Notes under the pieces: model-generated
The model's input: the letters and a program-made list of their open reading frames with translations, nothing else
Database searches by the model: none
What the model was told of the DNA's origin: nothing
Assembly: GCA_037447605.1 (NCBI GenBank)
Contig: CM074804.1
Span: 5,929,909 to 5,993,908 of the forward strand
Direction of reading: 5' to 3'
Length of the DNA stretch: 64,000 nt
Source: Zygnema circumcarinatum SAG 698-1b
Taxonomy: Eukaryota > Plantae > Zygnematophyceae
Position numbers and translations under genes: made by a program
In this document: positions 36,681 to 50,078 of the stretch, piece after piece
Layout: each line of letters begins with the position of its first letter
Numbering within the stretch: position 1 is the stretch's first letter

Positions 36681-39600
36681 ATGAGTGATCCTGCTCCGCT
36701 CCGCTCGCAGGCTGCAGCTATGGCGGAGCGCGACCCTCTCCGGCAGGAGGAGGGTGCGGCCATGGCGGAAGGAAGGGGAATGGAGGTGCCAGGAAGTATG
36801 ACTTATGACGGAGGAGAAGGAGAGGTTCCTTGCGCCGTTTCTCCTGTGCTATCTCCCGGGAGCTGGCCGCGCAGCTTTGAGCATTCCATGGATTTGTACA
36901 GCAACTCCCGCAGCTATAAAGCTCGCAGAGCATCAAGAGACAGCTTTACCTCTGAGGATTTCCTGCCCCCTGGTGACCTTGAGGAGCCGGAGCCATCATT
37001 GCGGCCATGGGTGAAGCGTGGAAGAGGTGCTCTTGTGTCTGCTTTAACTCCTTTGCTCAGCGAGTCGAATCTTGTTCAGCTGGAGGAGAATGCGAGTCGG
37101 ATGAACGCACCAGATTTCGACGAAAGCGATTGCTCGGCTGCAGCTGGGAGTAATGCAGTGCACAAGATTAGGAGAGTACTGTCTAATGGTAGCGATGAAT
37201 CACAAGTTGGAGTTTATGAGACGCTGGAGTTTCAACCTGGAGCAAGCTTTTCGGAAACGGCTTTCAATTCTGTTAATGTTCTGATGGGTAAGAATACAGG
37301 AATCGACTCGCTACATGTAGCCAAGCTTGAGCTTTCAAACTTTTACAAATTAAAGGATTTTTTTATCCCAGTCTTCTGATATTCTCTATGCCTAGCATTG
37401 CCTCGTTGTTACAGCGAGGCAGATATATGGGGCCATCCATGGTTGGGGGAGTATGTCAGGCTCAAAAGTGTTAATGCTGAACTGCAGTTGAGCTAGGTAT
37501 TTCCATTGCCTTGCGTGCTTTTGGACATTGTAGGTAGCAGTATTCGTTTGGGAGAATATTCACTGTTTGCGACATTCCTACTTGAAAAAAAAAATGCAAC
37601 TCTTTATGAATCTGGGAAGTAACCAAAGCTTAACTGCGTTTTTTTCAGACTTCACAGTTAACAAGCGTTTTATGCTAAAACAGAAACATGCAGTAACAAT
37701 TATTCTTTGTACGGGATAATCTTGACAATTACGGCATACGATAGCAGCGAAATGTTAGCCGTTGTATTTAAAAGTTTCAGTTTTGAACTGGTTCCGGAGC
37801 TGCTGAGTACAGTTTGAGACAGGACAGTAGACAACTGATTTTTCTCAGGTTTAGAGAAGTTGAGTTGTTCCGAGGTGCCAACTTGTAGACGTAAAGAATG
37901 CAATGATGAAAATCTGTGAGCATGTGAAAGCGGCAGGTGTTGGGATGAGCAGCAGATTTCAAAAAAATGCATGTTATTTGAATCATCAGCATTTAGTGAT
38001 CATTGCCCAACGCCCAGTTTCTCTTTGTTTGTTACTTGAGTCTAAAGTACGAAAAGTATGTCCATCAATTGAGCAGAACTTGGTTATGGCAAAATTCTGA
38101 ACGCCAAGCATGAGCAAGTTATAGCTGGGTACTTTGAACCGTGTCAAGCTAAGCGAGACCTGATTCGAAATTTTCAGTTCTATTCTTGTTTTGTGATTTT
38201 TTTTTCCAGGTGTTGGCATTCTCTCAACTCCCTACGCCACCGGCCAAAGCGGGTGGCTCGGCCTCGCCTTTTTTTTCCTCTTTGCCTTTCTCTTCTTCAG
38301 CACTGGCATCTTTCTCAAAGACTGCTTAGAAAGTCGCCCAAATATTATCACTTACCCTGACATTGGTGAAACTGCATTTGGTCGAACGGGCCGGTGGATC
38401 ACTGCCATTCTTCTTTACGTGGAGTTGTACTCCGTTACTGTCGACCTTATGATTTTGGAAGGAGACAACCTGGCCAGACTTTTTCCCAGTGCTACACTTG
38501 ACCTCAGCTGGGTAGTCTTGCCTCCTGACCAAGCTATGCTCATCATCACAGTCATCTTTGTGTTACCGACCGTCCTCCTCAGGGACCTCAGTTTCCTCGC
38601 ATACCTCTCGGCCTGTGGCGTTGTGGCAACAGTGTTGGTGGTGCTTGCCGTTGGTTGGATTGGAGTTGGCGAGGGGGTTGGTTTTCATGAGAAGGGAACG
38701 CTATTTCGTTGGAACGGCCTTCCCGTTGCAATAGGCATGTACAGTTTCTGTTTTTCCGGCCATACAGTACTTCCAAACATTTATTGTTCCATGAAGGACC
38801 CCAGCAGGTTTTCGCAGGTACTCGCGGTCCCCCAAATTGCAGTCACTATGCCTCCTTAACTCGAAACCTGACGTTCCGGGTAAAACCTGTTTACTTCTCA
38901 GATTTTTTCTCAGAAAGTTAAATTGGTGCTTTCAAAGGCAGAATGTACCTGATAGTACTGGTGTTTTTGAATTAGTAAGTGTGCAAGGGGCATGCTGTTT
39001 TCTTTCTCCAATGTTTGCTCAGCATGCGGCAGGTTTTGGCGATCAGTTTTGGGGTCAGCACTGTTCTTTATGGCGCTATCGCCGTGATGGGTTATTCCAT
39101 GTATGGAGATAATATTCAGTCACAAGTGACGCTCAATCTTCCGCCGGAGTCACTCATCTCCAAGGTCGCGATTTGGACTACGGTTGTGAACCCCCTCACA
39201 AAGTTTGCGCTCATGATAACTCCCCTGGCTATCGCCATTGAGGAGCTTTTTCCATCGGGGCTTCGGAAGGAGGTCACTCAGGTAAACAAAACTCAAAGCT
39301 ATCGCGATGCTCTGTGCTCACATTGGAGAGGTCAATGTGACAATTATTGCATTCCAAACGTAGAGTTTACTTCGAATCAGCACGTAGAACGTGAATATCG
39401 ATAGGTGTCGATAACCTTTATCTGATCTGGCGTTTTTATGTGTTGTTTGCAGATTCTTGGGGCCGTCGTCCGCATTCTTCTCGTTATCAGTGCGGTGTTT
39501 GTGGCTCTTGTCGTTCCATTTTTTGGCTTTGTCATGGCACTCATTGGCTCCTTCTTGGGCATCACCATGTCCGTTATTCTTCCGTGCGCCTGCTACTTGC

Positions 39601-39746
39601 GGTTGGTTGAAGGGAAGCGGTCCAGAAGTAAACAAGTGGCCGCTGTCTTATTCATCGTATTTGGTGTAATATCCGCCACAATCGGTACTTATGCCTCTGT
39701 GAGCAGCATTTGGAATAACATCGCTGGCCCAGACCCGTCAGCATGA
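36681..39746 (+). CDS. AVT1: Vacuolar amino-acid transporter AVT1 family (copy a), 4 exons
   Basis: Exons 36681-37287, 38210-38817, 39031-39281 and 39453-39746. Motifs WPRSF..SMD, FNSVNVLMGVGILSTPYA, TYPDIGETAFG, LILEGDNL-like, FCFSGH.V.P.IY.SM, SQVTLNLP, NPLTKFAL, MALIGS. Confidence 0.95.
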
Positions 39747-40468
39747 TGCACAAGGGCGGAAGCCGTTGACCCCTCCCGCTCTCTTTGCATTTTTCCCTGA
39801 GACAATGATTACAGGTGTGTGCTTGGGAGCCAAACCCTAGAAAGCCCAATAGAAAAACATGTTTTGAATGAAGGGATGCTCCGACTTTGGGTATCTACAC
39901 CCTTTAACAGATTTTGTAATAGGACTTAACTGTCACGTTACTATTACGGAAACCATTTTTCCAATGCAATTTTTGGCAAAAAATGAGTGGACCCTTCTGC
40001 CAATCTGCCTTGGAGGGGTTTACGGGCTTTAGATGGTTTTGGAAGGTTTTAGGTCAATGTCATCTGTGCAGGACAAGTGAATTGAAAACACTGCAATTAC
40101 CGTCCAGTGTTTCCTCTCTAACTTTGCTGTTTTCATTTTTGAATTAAAAGACGAGATATTTGGAGGCTTTTTCCGGCCAATTGACAAGAACTCTGCATTC
40201 AATGCAAGCTGCATCGCCTTCAAGCTCTCAATACATGGAATCTGCGGTCAAAACTTTGCCCCAGCTCGAGGGCCTTCTAGCGCCGGCTTCCTACCAGGAT
40301 TCCTGCAGTTCCAAGCATCAGCTTTCGGCCTCCACAAGGGCGCCAAGAAACAAAAATGATTGGAAATCATCTCTCGTTTGGCTTTTTGGACTCAACGCTC
40401 AGAACGGGATTTCAGTCCCTTTGGGTCAAGCTGAGCGAGACAATGTCAAGTGGTTGCATTTCTGTCCT

Positions 40469-43400
40469 TCACCAAAATCGCCATGGATCTTTCCACGGGG
40501 GAACGTAGTCCGAAGTGACGGGTGTTAAGTGGAAGGACGCCACCGCCTCCCGAATGGTAGGTTCCATCTGCATGAAATCCATACAAAGAAAGGACCGAAT
40601 GATGAGGACTGCATGCTTGCGTCCTTTCCTTTTAAGAAGGGAGTCTCTACCAGTGAAGCCGTCAGGCATCCATAAAAGCTAAGTCAGCGAGGCAACTGAA
40701 GCAGGGCAATGCAAGTTCTCTCAGTGTCATCCATCACCAATTATCTATATCACTAGGGTGTAAAACCACTAACTGCCTGCCACCTTTGGGCCACTGCCAA
40801 CGGCCCAACCTAGGAGCGAGCTCTCACCGGGAGGCAACTGCTCGTTGGGAGAGGATAGCTGCACGAGCTAAGCCTCTACCTACCTCCAAGGAGCCTTGCT
40901 GATACTTCGTCCTCCAGCTACGTCTTATATTTCCTGTCTAATCGTTAACCGCATCGTTTCAGCGTCGCTAATCATGCACATGCACTTTGACAATTGTGTA
41001 CCTGCTTTTTATATTTTATGTTCGAAAAGTTTCTAACTCTTTAAATGAAAGCCGAGCGATGGGGATGGAGAATCGCAGGCCAAGTGAACGAAAGAGTGGA
41101 TGAAAATCTTCTGACCCTTTTGCCATAACACCGTTTCGTCACAGAGATGCCGGCAAAAAATAACGACTGCAGCATTCAGTAGAGACCGAAGGATCAATAA
41201 CAGATCGAAATTTCGTACCTCGTTCCAGAGTGATTGGAGGGTTGAAATGTTGAGACTGTAGATGAAGCCTTGTCGGGAAGCGCTCACGGCCAACGAGTGG
41301 CGATAGACATCAGGAGAGCGATCCTGTGAGCGGCACGGCCAGGGGAAGCACGAGAGGGAAGCAGTGAGGGAGGAATGGGACAGAGAGGAAGGGAGGGAGA
41401 GATACAGGGAGGGAGGAATTGAGAGAGACACAAAGAGGAGGAACAGAAAGAGGGAGGGAGGGAGAGATACAGAGAGAAATAAGCTCCCTGAGAAAGAGTG
41501 GAAGCTTCAATCAGGCGAGGATTCCTCACATCAGACCTATCTGGGCCCATGTGCATTCTCTTTATAACTGTAAGAAAGAATATGGATGAAGTGCAACTCC
41601 TACGAAAGAAATACTTCTGAGAAAGGATGAGTATAGGCATGCAACCATCAAGCAATATCCGGTTTGCACTAGACCAGACATGGCTTGGCAGAGTAATCCA
41701 CGAAAAGATGGCAAAAAAATGTGCACAATGTATGTTGCGACCATCTCACTCGGTCCTCATCCGCTCACTCCTCCCTCTCCCTCCGGTCCCTCCCTCTTCC
41801 TCAACTTGCTGGCATGCAAGAGTTGTGCATATCGCTTCTTCAGATTGCCCACTCACAAAATTAGTTGGGGACTTCTGGAGCAGATATTCGTAGTACCAAT
41901 ATGTCTCTCCATCAATCTGTATCGTATCCACCATATAAGCCAAACCATCACTTAGACAGGGAAGGCTCACAGGCATGCCACAAGAAGCAAGTGGCATAAC
42001 ACAAAAACAAGACCTTTCACTTCGCAGTCGACATAACAGTACAATAATGAATTTACCTTATCTTCACACTTAATCCTGAAGCCCACCAGATATCCTTTCT
42101 TGAACCTTTTTTTTCCTCATTACATGTTGCATCTATGCTGCCAGATAGGCATTTTGTAAACCTGTGCAGCCACTTTGCAAATTCATGGATAACGCCAACC
42201 AAACCTTGTCTACTTCTCAACTTTCATACCTCTTCTTTGTATGTGTCATCTATAGCAATTTCCTGCAGTTTCTGTTCGGGTGTCAAGCGCTGAACCAGCC
42301 GTAGTCCATCCCACCGGCAAGACAAGATTCAGTTAGAGCCTTCAAAACAAACATTCTTGACTTCAGTATTGTTTCAACTGCTCGTGCTCGTACATCTGGG
42401 AGTATGCAAAGGCATTTCTTGACAACAGAATGACAAGTCAGAAATACTATGTCGGCTTGCCGTGTTTCCAACACACCACAGCATCTTTCTGTTGTAGAAA
42501 ATAACTATTTTCCACATTTAGATACAGAAACACAATAACAGTACCCGGACCTTTCGGGGCAGTGCAGAAGCCGTTAAGCTTGAAGCTGAGCTTCGGACAC
42601 CTGATTTACGATTCTTGATTGCTGTTTATCACAACTTCGATGTTGCTATTCTCAAAGGATTAAGCAACCAACTGCGATGGAGAAAAGACTTACCGCCGTC
42701 GATTTATCTGCCAATACTGAGCGAGCCACATCACGAGCAGTCCACTGCTTGGAGTCAGGCTCCCTAAGAAAGGCAGAGTTTGGAGGTCCAACCTGCAAAA
42801 TCCATCCAGCATGTGCATGAGATGGCACGCCACGCTGAAGCGTAAAACAAAGATGTCCGTCTCCATACGGCACTCCGCCCCCACCCGACGTTTCTTCAAC
42901 GTTGTACATTCTGTTCTCTACTAAATTTTCTTTTGAATTAATTTGCCGTGAGCAACAACTGCTTACCGACACAGAAATCACGATGTTGTTGCGGTAATCC
43001 AAACGCTCAGACACTATGCGCTGCCTTGCATCCGCTGCCCACCCCTACGAGCAGCCCTGGAGCACCGTCATGAGGAAGCAGCCCAGAGAGAGAGCCATCA
43101 CTCGCTTCTCCAAGGGCCTTGTCCACCACTGCTTATGTGCAGGCAGACTCTAGCCTCACTCAACTGAGAAGAATGGCGCTGATTGTTAAGGGAGCTTGCA
43201 TACAAAACTTGACATAGACCGCTGTATTGTCACAACATTCAGAGACTTACGTGCAAGCGGTGCTGCTGACGAATATCTCTCCGGCTTTCGCGTCTCAACC
43301 CTAAAACGGCAAAAACTGCGTTGGTGAAAACGTGATTGCAAACCCTAATGCACGCAATCGTTCTCAAAACGTAAATTCTCCTTCCAGTCAAGTCAGTCTT

Positions 43401-45251
43401 GGACTGACACACCAAATAACCAGCAAAAGGAAGCGATTGTGTAGCATACTTCAGAAGGAAGTGATTATCGACAAACTCACCATGCGAACTTGGATGATTT
43501 GCCCGGAAGGTTTAATGGATACTTGAACGCGTACGCGTTCAGGACATCAGACAGCTCGCCAAACTCCATTCCACTCAATACAGCCTGTCCAGCTGCATCA
43601 CAGAGAGTCCAACAGCCTCCATAACGTCAAAACTAAGTGACTACTATAGCCCTCACGCCCAAACATTCATGATGATCGTCCATTTAATTAGCTCCAAAGG
43701 TTTTAAGGCTGACAATGATAATCACAACAATTGACGCGCATGCTAAAGGTATGCATCTAACATCTGAAAAAACAAAAAACGTGTAGCCTGTGCATATGAC
43801 AATAGATGGAGAACGTGACACAAGAATCATTCTGTGATTACAGAGCATTGCTTAGTCATTACAAGAGAGTAATAAGAGCTGATAAGCAATACCATTGGCT
43901 AGCTCCGTAGCACTTCCAAACGGTGTCCCATATGGCGTAATCAATGATACTCCGCCTGTTACAACAAGACCAATAGCTGCAGCTCTGCGACTGAAAGTAG
44001 GATTGTTTGATGCCTCCTTCAAGGCCGCCTCGTCTGAACCTTCCGTGTCAGCTTGGAGGTTTGAATTGTGCATGTTAACAACCACCGGCCTGCAAGACCG
44101 GAATTAGGCATGAAGATGCAAAGAATGATTTTAGATTGCTATCCCGACCCTGTTCCGTATCGCAGAAAGATGAGGAATTGGTGTATCCAAGTATTAATGC
44201 CCCAGGCATAGCTTAGGTCTATGAAAGTGGCAAGAGACATTACACAGCAAAGGGCAAGGGAAAGGGAAGCACAGGGAATGCCACCCAGCTCGCGACACAA
44301 GAGACGCAACTCTTCACCAACAGAAAACAACAAAGACCTACCCAGTCCACACTTCCTAGTAAAGCTTTATGGTCTCAACGGGTTCAAAACTCTCAGCCCT
44401 TTTTGTAACGTTCCAAATCCAAGCATTACCTGGATGCAAGAACTAAGCTCAACATAATCATACTTCTGCCGACTCAGACTTTTTTTTTTCTACAGTGCTC
44501 AAAAACTAAACTTAAACCCTTCATTGCTCGATGAAAGGTTGACACACTGGGAAGCAGTGAACGTTCCTAAACTTTGTAAACGATGGGAGAGAGCACTGGC
44601 ACGTCCCTACCAAGCGAATAACAAGAATGTGCTAAAACCCAACAAGGCCCTCGGCAATATCAAATGCAGGGAAGTGCTTATCGAAGTAAAAAAAAAATTT
44701 AGCCGGAAAATGGGATAAGATATTCGAGTGTGTAAATGTAAAGTTACTTATTGCCCTCCAAGGGATCATGATCTTTTTCCCGCCATACAGAATGCGATTT
44801 TGCAAAGGCATGAACCAATGAATTCAGAGAACGTACGCAACTGCGAAATGACAAACTTCCAGGACTTTGGGGTTTAACAATGATGAGGCTACATGTGAGA
44901 ATGAAGATTGTGAACGAAAAAATTAGCCAAAGGCAGATAGCAGGGAGACGAATGACGAAAAAAAGAAAAACGATACGATGAAAACTCCTTCAGCCACTTT
45001 GGCTAAAAAATCGTTGCAACCTAAATGGCCAAAATCTCGATAAGAGAAGCCGAGAAAAAATTTCTTCAGGCTCCTTACCGGCATATCTCCCTGCTTGCCG
45101 ACCTAAACGAGCTTAATCCCGGTCCCAGCTGCCTCCTTGACGATAACTTGAGAGAATTTATGCCAGTAATAGGCCCAGTCGCTTTATCACATTGGAAAAC
45201 GAGCTGCTGAGCAGTGGCGCTGAGGCCACCCGGCGACATGCGGGCAGCCAT
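40469..45251 (-). CDS. PPD5: PsbP domain-containing protein 5, thylakoid lumen, 10 exons
   Basis: Transit-peptide exon 45251-45079; twin-Arg SRRAAAIGL; LNAYAFKYP; WVETRKPERYSSAAPL.PDARQRIVSER; VGPPN..WTARDVARSVLADKS; IDGETYWYYEYL..KSPT; final exon ending YVPPWKDPWRFW*. Confidence 0.93.
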
Positions 45252-45395
45252 GGCGGCAGCCCTTCACAGAGAAGTCTCTGCGCTCTAAGTCTGAAGACGC
45301 GTCAAAAACTCAGAGCAAATTCCGTATGAGCGCTCGCCCTTGCTCGCGTGCATACGAAAGTTGATCCGATTTGTGGGTGCACGGTCCCCACCTCC

Positions 45396-45442
45396 GGGGC
45401 ACGTGCCCCCACCCCCGACCCTTGCCCCGGGGCACGTGCCCC
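45396..45442. promoter_or_regulatory. Two perfect 14-bp G-box palindromes GGGGCACGTGCCCC in the PPD5 / small-gene divergent promoter
   Basis: At 45396-45409 and 45429-45442. CACGTG is the established bZIP/bHLH G-box. Confidence 0.55.
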
Positions 45443-46007
45443 CACGCCCCCGGCAGAGGAAAAACATGCCCCTTTTTCGTACCCCGTGACGTGATTACAT
45501 TAAGCAATTAAAATCGGGCTAAAAAAGATATAACGTTTACATTCAATTTCAGGCAGAAGCAAATACCTGTGTTTCTTTCCGGAACGTTCTCTTTGAAGAA
45601 ATCAGTGGGTGTGAATGAGAGCAGCTGCGCTTGGAGCGCTTGTCGCTGTCTCCGACTTCTCGTGGTTACTCCATTGAAGCGCGCCTCTCCATAGCGGTTT
45701 TCTCGCTTCTTTCTGATTTGGTTGGTCTCCACTGTTGTCATTTTGGCTGTGATATCAACCTCGTATGCCAAGTTTAGCCCGTTCTCCGGGTTACTGCAGT
45801 TGGCTTCAACAGCACAACTTGAGATGTCTCAATGTAACCAATGAATATCGTTTACTATTGGTTACTTATTTATCATTCCAGGGGAGCTTCCTGGTCCTGT
45901 AGATACGTGTTACTTCCTCTTGACGGAATCAAAAGACCCGTTTCTGACTGGCACAGGGAGCATTCTCGCTTGCAGAGCCGCAGTTGCGGGCAAGAAGTCT
46001 CATCAGC

Positions 46008-46569
46008 ATGTTGCGTTCATACGCAGTCGCATTGGGCTCACTCCTTGCGGGGGCTGCTGTCGTGCACAACATTTTTCGCCCTGATCTAGTGAGCGCCTGT
46101 GGTCTTCGCCTTCCTCCCACCACAAACTAAGCGGTGTGGGACGTAAGCATGTGTTTTACGAAAAGCAGGGGGGAAGCCCTCAGCATTCAGCTGTTTTTTT
46201 AATCAGACAATGCGATGCTCATACTGAAAACTTGCCTCAGCCACCTCACAATTATAACTGGAAAAAAAAAAAAAAAATTGTGCGAATGTAAAAATCGAGA
46301 ACGGAACGAACGTACTGTCATGGGACAGTCAGCTTAAAAGTGAAAACCGCTAGCCAGTATGGCAAGCTTGATTTTAAAACTCTAGATTCTAAATTTTATA
46401 GCGAGTTCCCTCCTATTCGTGGCTGACCTGCATTTTGGTCTTGGGTTTGCAGACTCTCCCTGACCATGATGGCGTTGAAGACCACAAAGGCAGTGAAAAA
46501 GTCAGCTCTGCAGACAGTGTCTCTTCGGATGAGTCTCCCGCAGCCAATGGATCCACCGACAAGTCCTGA
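46008..46569 (+). CDS. UQCC6: Small single-TM protein of the BRAWNIN/UQCC6 (C12orf73, DUF4516)-like family, at least 65 aa
   Basis: Exon 45976/46008-46088 reads MLRSYAVALGSLLAGAAVVHNIFRPDL|GTGAGC and splices in phase 0 to TTTGCAG|46453-46569 TLPDHDGVEDHK...DKS*. This rebuilds the family motif L(L/A)xAGAxVVHxx(Y/F)(R/K)PDL(T)xP across the junction. The true start may lie in an upstream exon. Confidence 0.75.
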
Positions 46570-47149
46570 TGTAAAGCCGGCAGCGTGAATTACTGGCAGC
46601 TCTTTATCGTTCATATTCGTCCTCACCATACTTGTCAATCAAATGTACATATGGTCTACTAATACTTTTTTACTCTCATGTCTTTCCGAAAAGAACTGCT
46701 CGTTATGTAATCCCTGCGATGTATCGATCTGCCTTCCGGCGAATGTTGAAACGGCCACACGGCAAGCTCGAAGACCTCGAGGCTCGAGGTATTGTTCGAG
46801 GTTTACATGCCCAGATTTTACCTTTTCTGTGTAAATAAGGAGTCCTCACCCGCAGATGGTTCCTTTCCCTGTTGCACATTCAACCATTTCATCTCAAACC
46901 ACTGCTATGTTTTGTACTACACTCACATTGGCACCAAAATGACCTCATGAAGGATGTGGAAAAAATGCTTGTCTTTACGAGGTTGAAGCGAACAATGGTA
47001 CAAAATTCCTTGTATCTCAGCTTCTTAATCAAAAAGCGCCAACTGCAAACTCCGACCAGCACTAAGACAGGTGTGATTAATACATTCTCTGCGCTGGACT
47101 GCGTTCAAAAGCCACTGAGGTAATGACAGGTCAAAATTGTGCAGTCCTC

Positions 47150-49722
47150 TCAGCTTTCTAAGCCTTCCCAAATGCCCCACACTGAAGCCCATGTCCCCAC
47201 TACCGCACAGACGAAGCCAATACATATGATGGTGCAGCAAGCAACTGCTTCGTATCTACTTACTTTGCCTTCTTTTATTCGAAGAAAACAAGAACACGGG
47301 ATGATGACTGAGATGCTCATGCTTAGAAACGAGCCGATGAAGGCCATGACATAACTGAAGTAGGGCATGGCTAGTGCTATGGCGGTGCCACTGACAACCA
47401 GAGCGGTGCGTATGCAAGTCCCTGCAGCAAGGTGGGCCCCTTTTCCAGCGCTCGCAGGAATGAGCTCCTCAAAGGCCAACACGAGGGGCGTCATTGTGAG
47501 CCCGTACTTGGTGATGGGGTTCACAACTGTGGTCCAAATGGCTGCTCTTGAAGCCATGAATTCTTCTGGTAGGTTTAGAGTTATCTGGCTCTCTAGAGTC
47601 TCGCCATACATGGCATACCCCATTGCTGCTACTCCGGCATACATCAAAGTGCAGATCACAAAACTGATAATGAGAACCTGCCATGCGAGTACGATGGTCC
47701 TTCATTAGCCATCCTCAGATATGACTATGACTGGTCAATAGAGTTAAACAGAATCGACTGGAGGCAACTAACCCGACAAATTATTCTTGATTGCAAGGGC
47801 TATGCCCATGGGTAGCAAGGTATTGACAGATGCCATAAATGTCCTTACTTCAATTGGAAAGTTATGCAGCGATGCAGTAATGTGTGTGCTTAGGTTCGAA
47901 ACTTTAAGAATTCAAATCACCGCAAAGTTCTGCATCCGTTGCTTGAAGTGGAGTGAACTTACAAAAGGAAACTGCTTGCGATCCTTCATCGACATGTAGA
48001 TTGTGGGAAAAACAGCATGGCCTGAGTAGCAAAATCCAAATATTCCGACAGCTGTAGGAACCCCTTCCAGTTGGAGGAGTGTGCCTGAGTGATGAAAACC
48101 AACTTTGTTCACAACTCCTACCCAGGCAACGCCAAGTACCACAAGTATTGACGCGAGAACCCCCCCTGCTGAAATGAACGCCAGGTAGCTGACATTGCGA
48201 AGTAACACAGTTGGGAGAACAATGATGGCTGTCAAAATGACAAATGTCTGATTGGACGTCAATGCCACATTTCCAAAACTTATTTTCGTTTGGGGGAAGA
48301 TGTATGACAGGTTGTCGCCCTCGAGGATGAGGAAGTCGACTGTGACCAAGTAAAGCTCAATATAGAGTAAGAAAGATATAAGCCATCGTCCGATGCGGCC
48401 AAACGCAGCTTCCCCAATATCAGCGTAGGAGAACATTCCTGGCTGACTCTCCAAACAATCCCGAAGAAGAATACCAGTGAAGCAGCAGATGGCTGCAAAA
48501 ATGACGAGTATCGAGAGACCCAGCCAGCCAGCCTGAGCAGTCGCATATGGTGTTGAAAGAATTCCGACACCTTCACCACAAAGGCAACAATGAAAGAATG
48601 GAGGGCCGAGATCAGTTGATGAATTGAAACCGGGCCATGCTGTTGTATCCTCAGCAAATGAATAAAAATATCAATAGCGTACTTTCTACGTTCTTTCTTT
48701 CTTTCGCCTTTATACTGAAGCGGACGTTGGCATAACTATTTTAAGGAACTTGCAAGGCCTCATCTTGTCGCCTGGAGATAATTTTCATGGTTCTGAACCA
48801 GTACATGTAGCAGAGCCGGGAAGACAAACTATGGAACTAGCAAAAAACCGAAAAACTGGTTTTTGGGTCATATCCTGTTCTGCCCTGGATAATGGGTCTT
48901 TTTTTTTTGAAGGAAACGTATTAGAAAATGAGCGTACCAAAGGCCGCATTCGTTTACATGTTGATGGAACCAATGCATAATGCACTTGTTCTGTGATAAC
49001 AGAGCATCGGCAAATACTACCAGTAAGAATGAAACACGTGCTCTCTGGCCACGATGCCCGATACTAGAGACTTTTGAAAGAGGCACAAATGCATAGATAC
49101 ATCGTCAATGAAACTGAATCACAAGAGCAGCATTTGAAGTGAGCAAATGCTCACCTGTAAGGATGTTTATTCCATTCAGGGTTGCCCTGAAAGCACTACT
49201 CTTCTGACTCGAATCCGCCGAAATGTCCGTCTCTGGATTACTGTTATCGTCCTGATCGAGAGGCGGCCAGGCATTGTAGTCACCTCGCTGTTGCCCTTTC
49301 TCGAATTCTTCATTATCTGATGTCTGTCTTGACTGTTCACTCAAGAGGGGAACCACTAGGCCCTCCAACACCGCTTCCGCATTTTCGCTGCTGGTCACGC
49401 TGCTTGTATGCGTGCTACTGCGTAATCTTCCACTATCGAATGCCCTTCCAAACTTGCGGGTAGGAGTCATGTATGAACTATGCGCAACAGGCGAGGGGCT
49501 TCCAACAAGATCCGACATCGAGCGTCCGAAACTCCTCGGCCAGCTCAATGGCGTAGTTGGTGCGTAGCCAGAAGAATCATTGAGCGTGATGCCCGTGCCG
49601 GGAGCAGGGAACATTTCAACGTCCTCCTCTTGCTCTGCCCCCTCCTCCGACGGCAGTCTCCTCACACGATTGGTGCCTTCATCACCGCCATGTCTTCCAG
49701 CTTGGCGCCTTGGAACTTCCAT
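47150..49722 (-). CDS. AVT1: Vacuolar amino-acid transporter AVT1 family (copy b), 3 exons
   Basis: Exons 49722-49155, 48570-47963 and 47677-47150. Motifs WPRSFGRSM, LNGINILTGVGILSTPYA, SYADIGEAAFG, FLILEGDNL, FCYSGHAVFPTIY.SM, SQITLNLP, NPITKY.L, MAFIGS. Confidence 0.95.
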
Positions 49723-49865
49723 GGCTGCCTGCCTACAGTGCAGTAGTGATAGCTGCCGTAGTATTCTCTCCGGCGCATCCCTCTCCCTCCCTCCGCCTCC
49801 AAGCCTCCGCCTTCAACGACTCGGCAAAGCGTCCCTGCCAGCAGAGCCTGGCAGCGCGGCAGCGC

Positions 49866-49967
49866 GCCACGTGGACTTGCAGCGCCACGTGGCGGCCGCA
49901 GCGGGCTCGGGCTCCGCGCCGGCCTGGCGCTGTCCCCGCGCAGGCCACTGCGCCGCCGCCACGTGGC
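49866..49967. promoter_or_regulatory. Cluster of three G-box/ABRE-type palindromes upstream of AVT1 copy b
   Basis: GCCACGTGG at 49866; GCCACGTGGC at 49884 and 49958; 140-245 bp upstream of the ATG. Confidence 0.55.
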
Positions 49968-50078
49968 ACTCGCCAAAAGGGTTGTTCGCCGGTTACCTCC
50001 AGTAACCTGCGGTCACTTCCGGTCACCATTGGGCACCGGCGCTAGCGTACCGGATAAAAAATACAGGGGCGAAAATTT

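Noticed and set aside
45508-46123. Minus-strand ORFs as PPD5 transit-peptide exons
   Set aside because: PPD5 has a better first exon at 45251-45079; these ORFs are the antisense of the UQCC6-like gene region.
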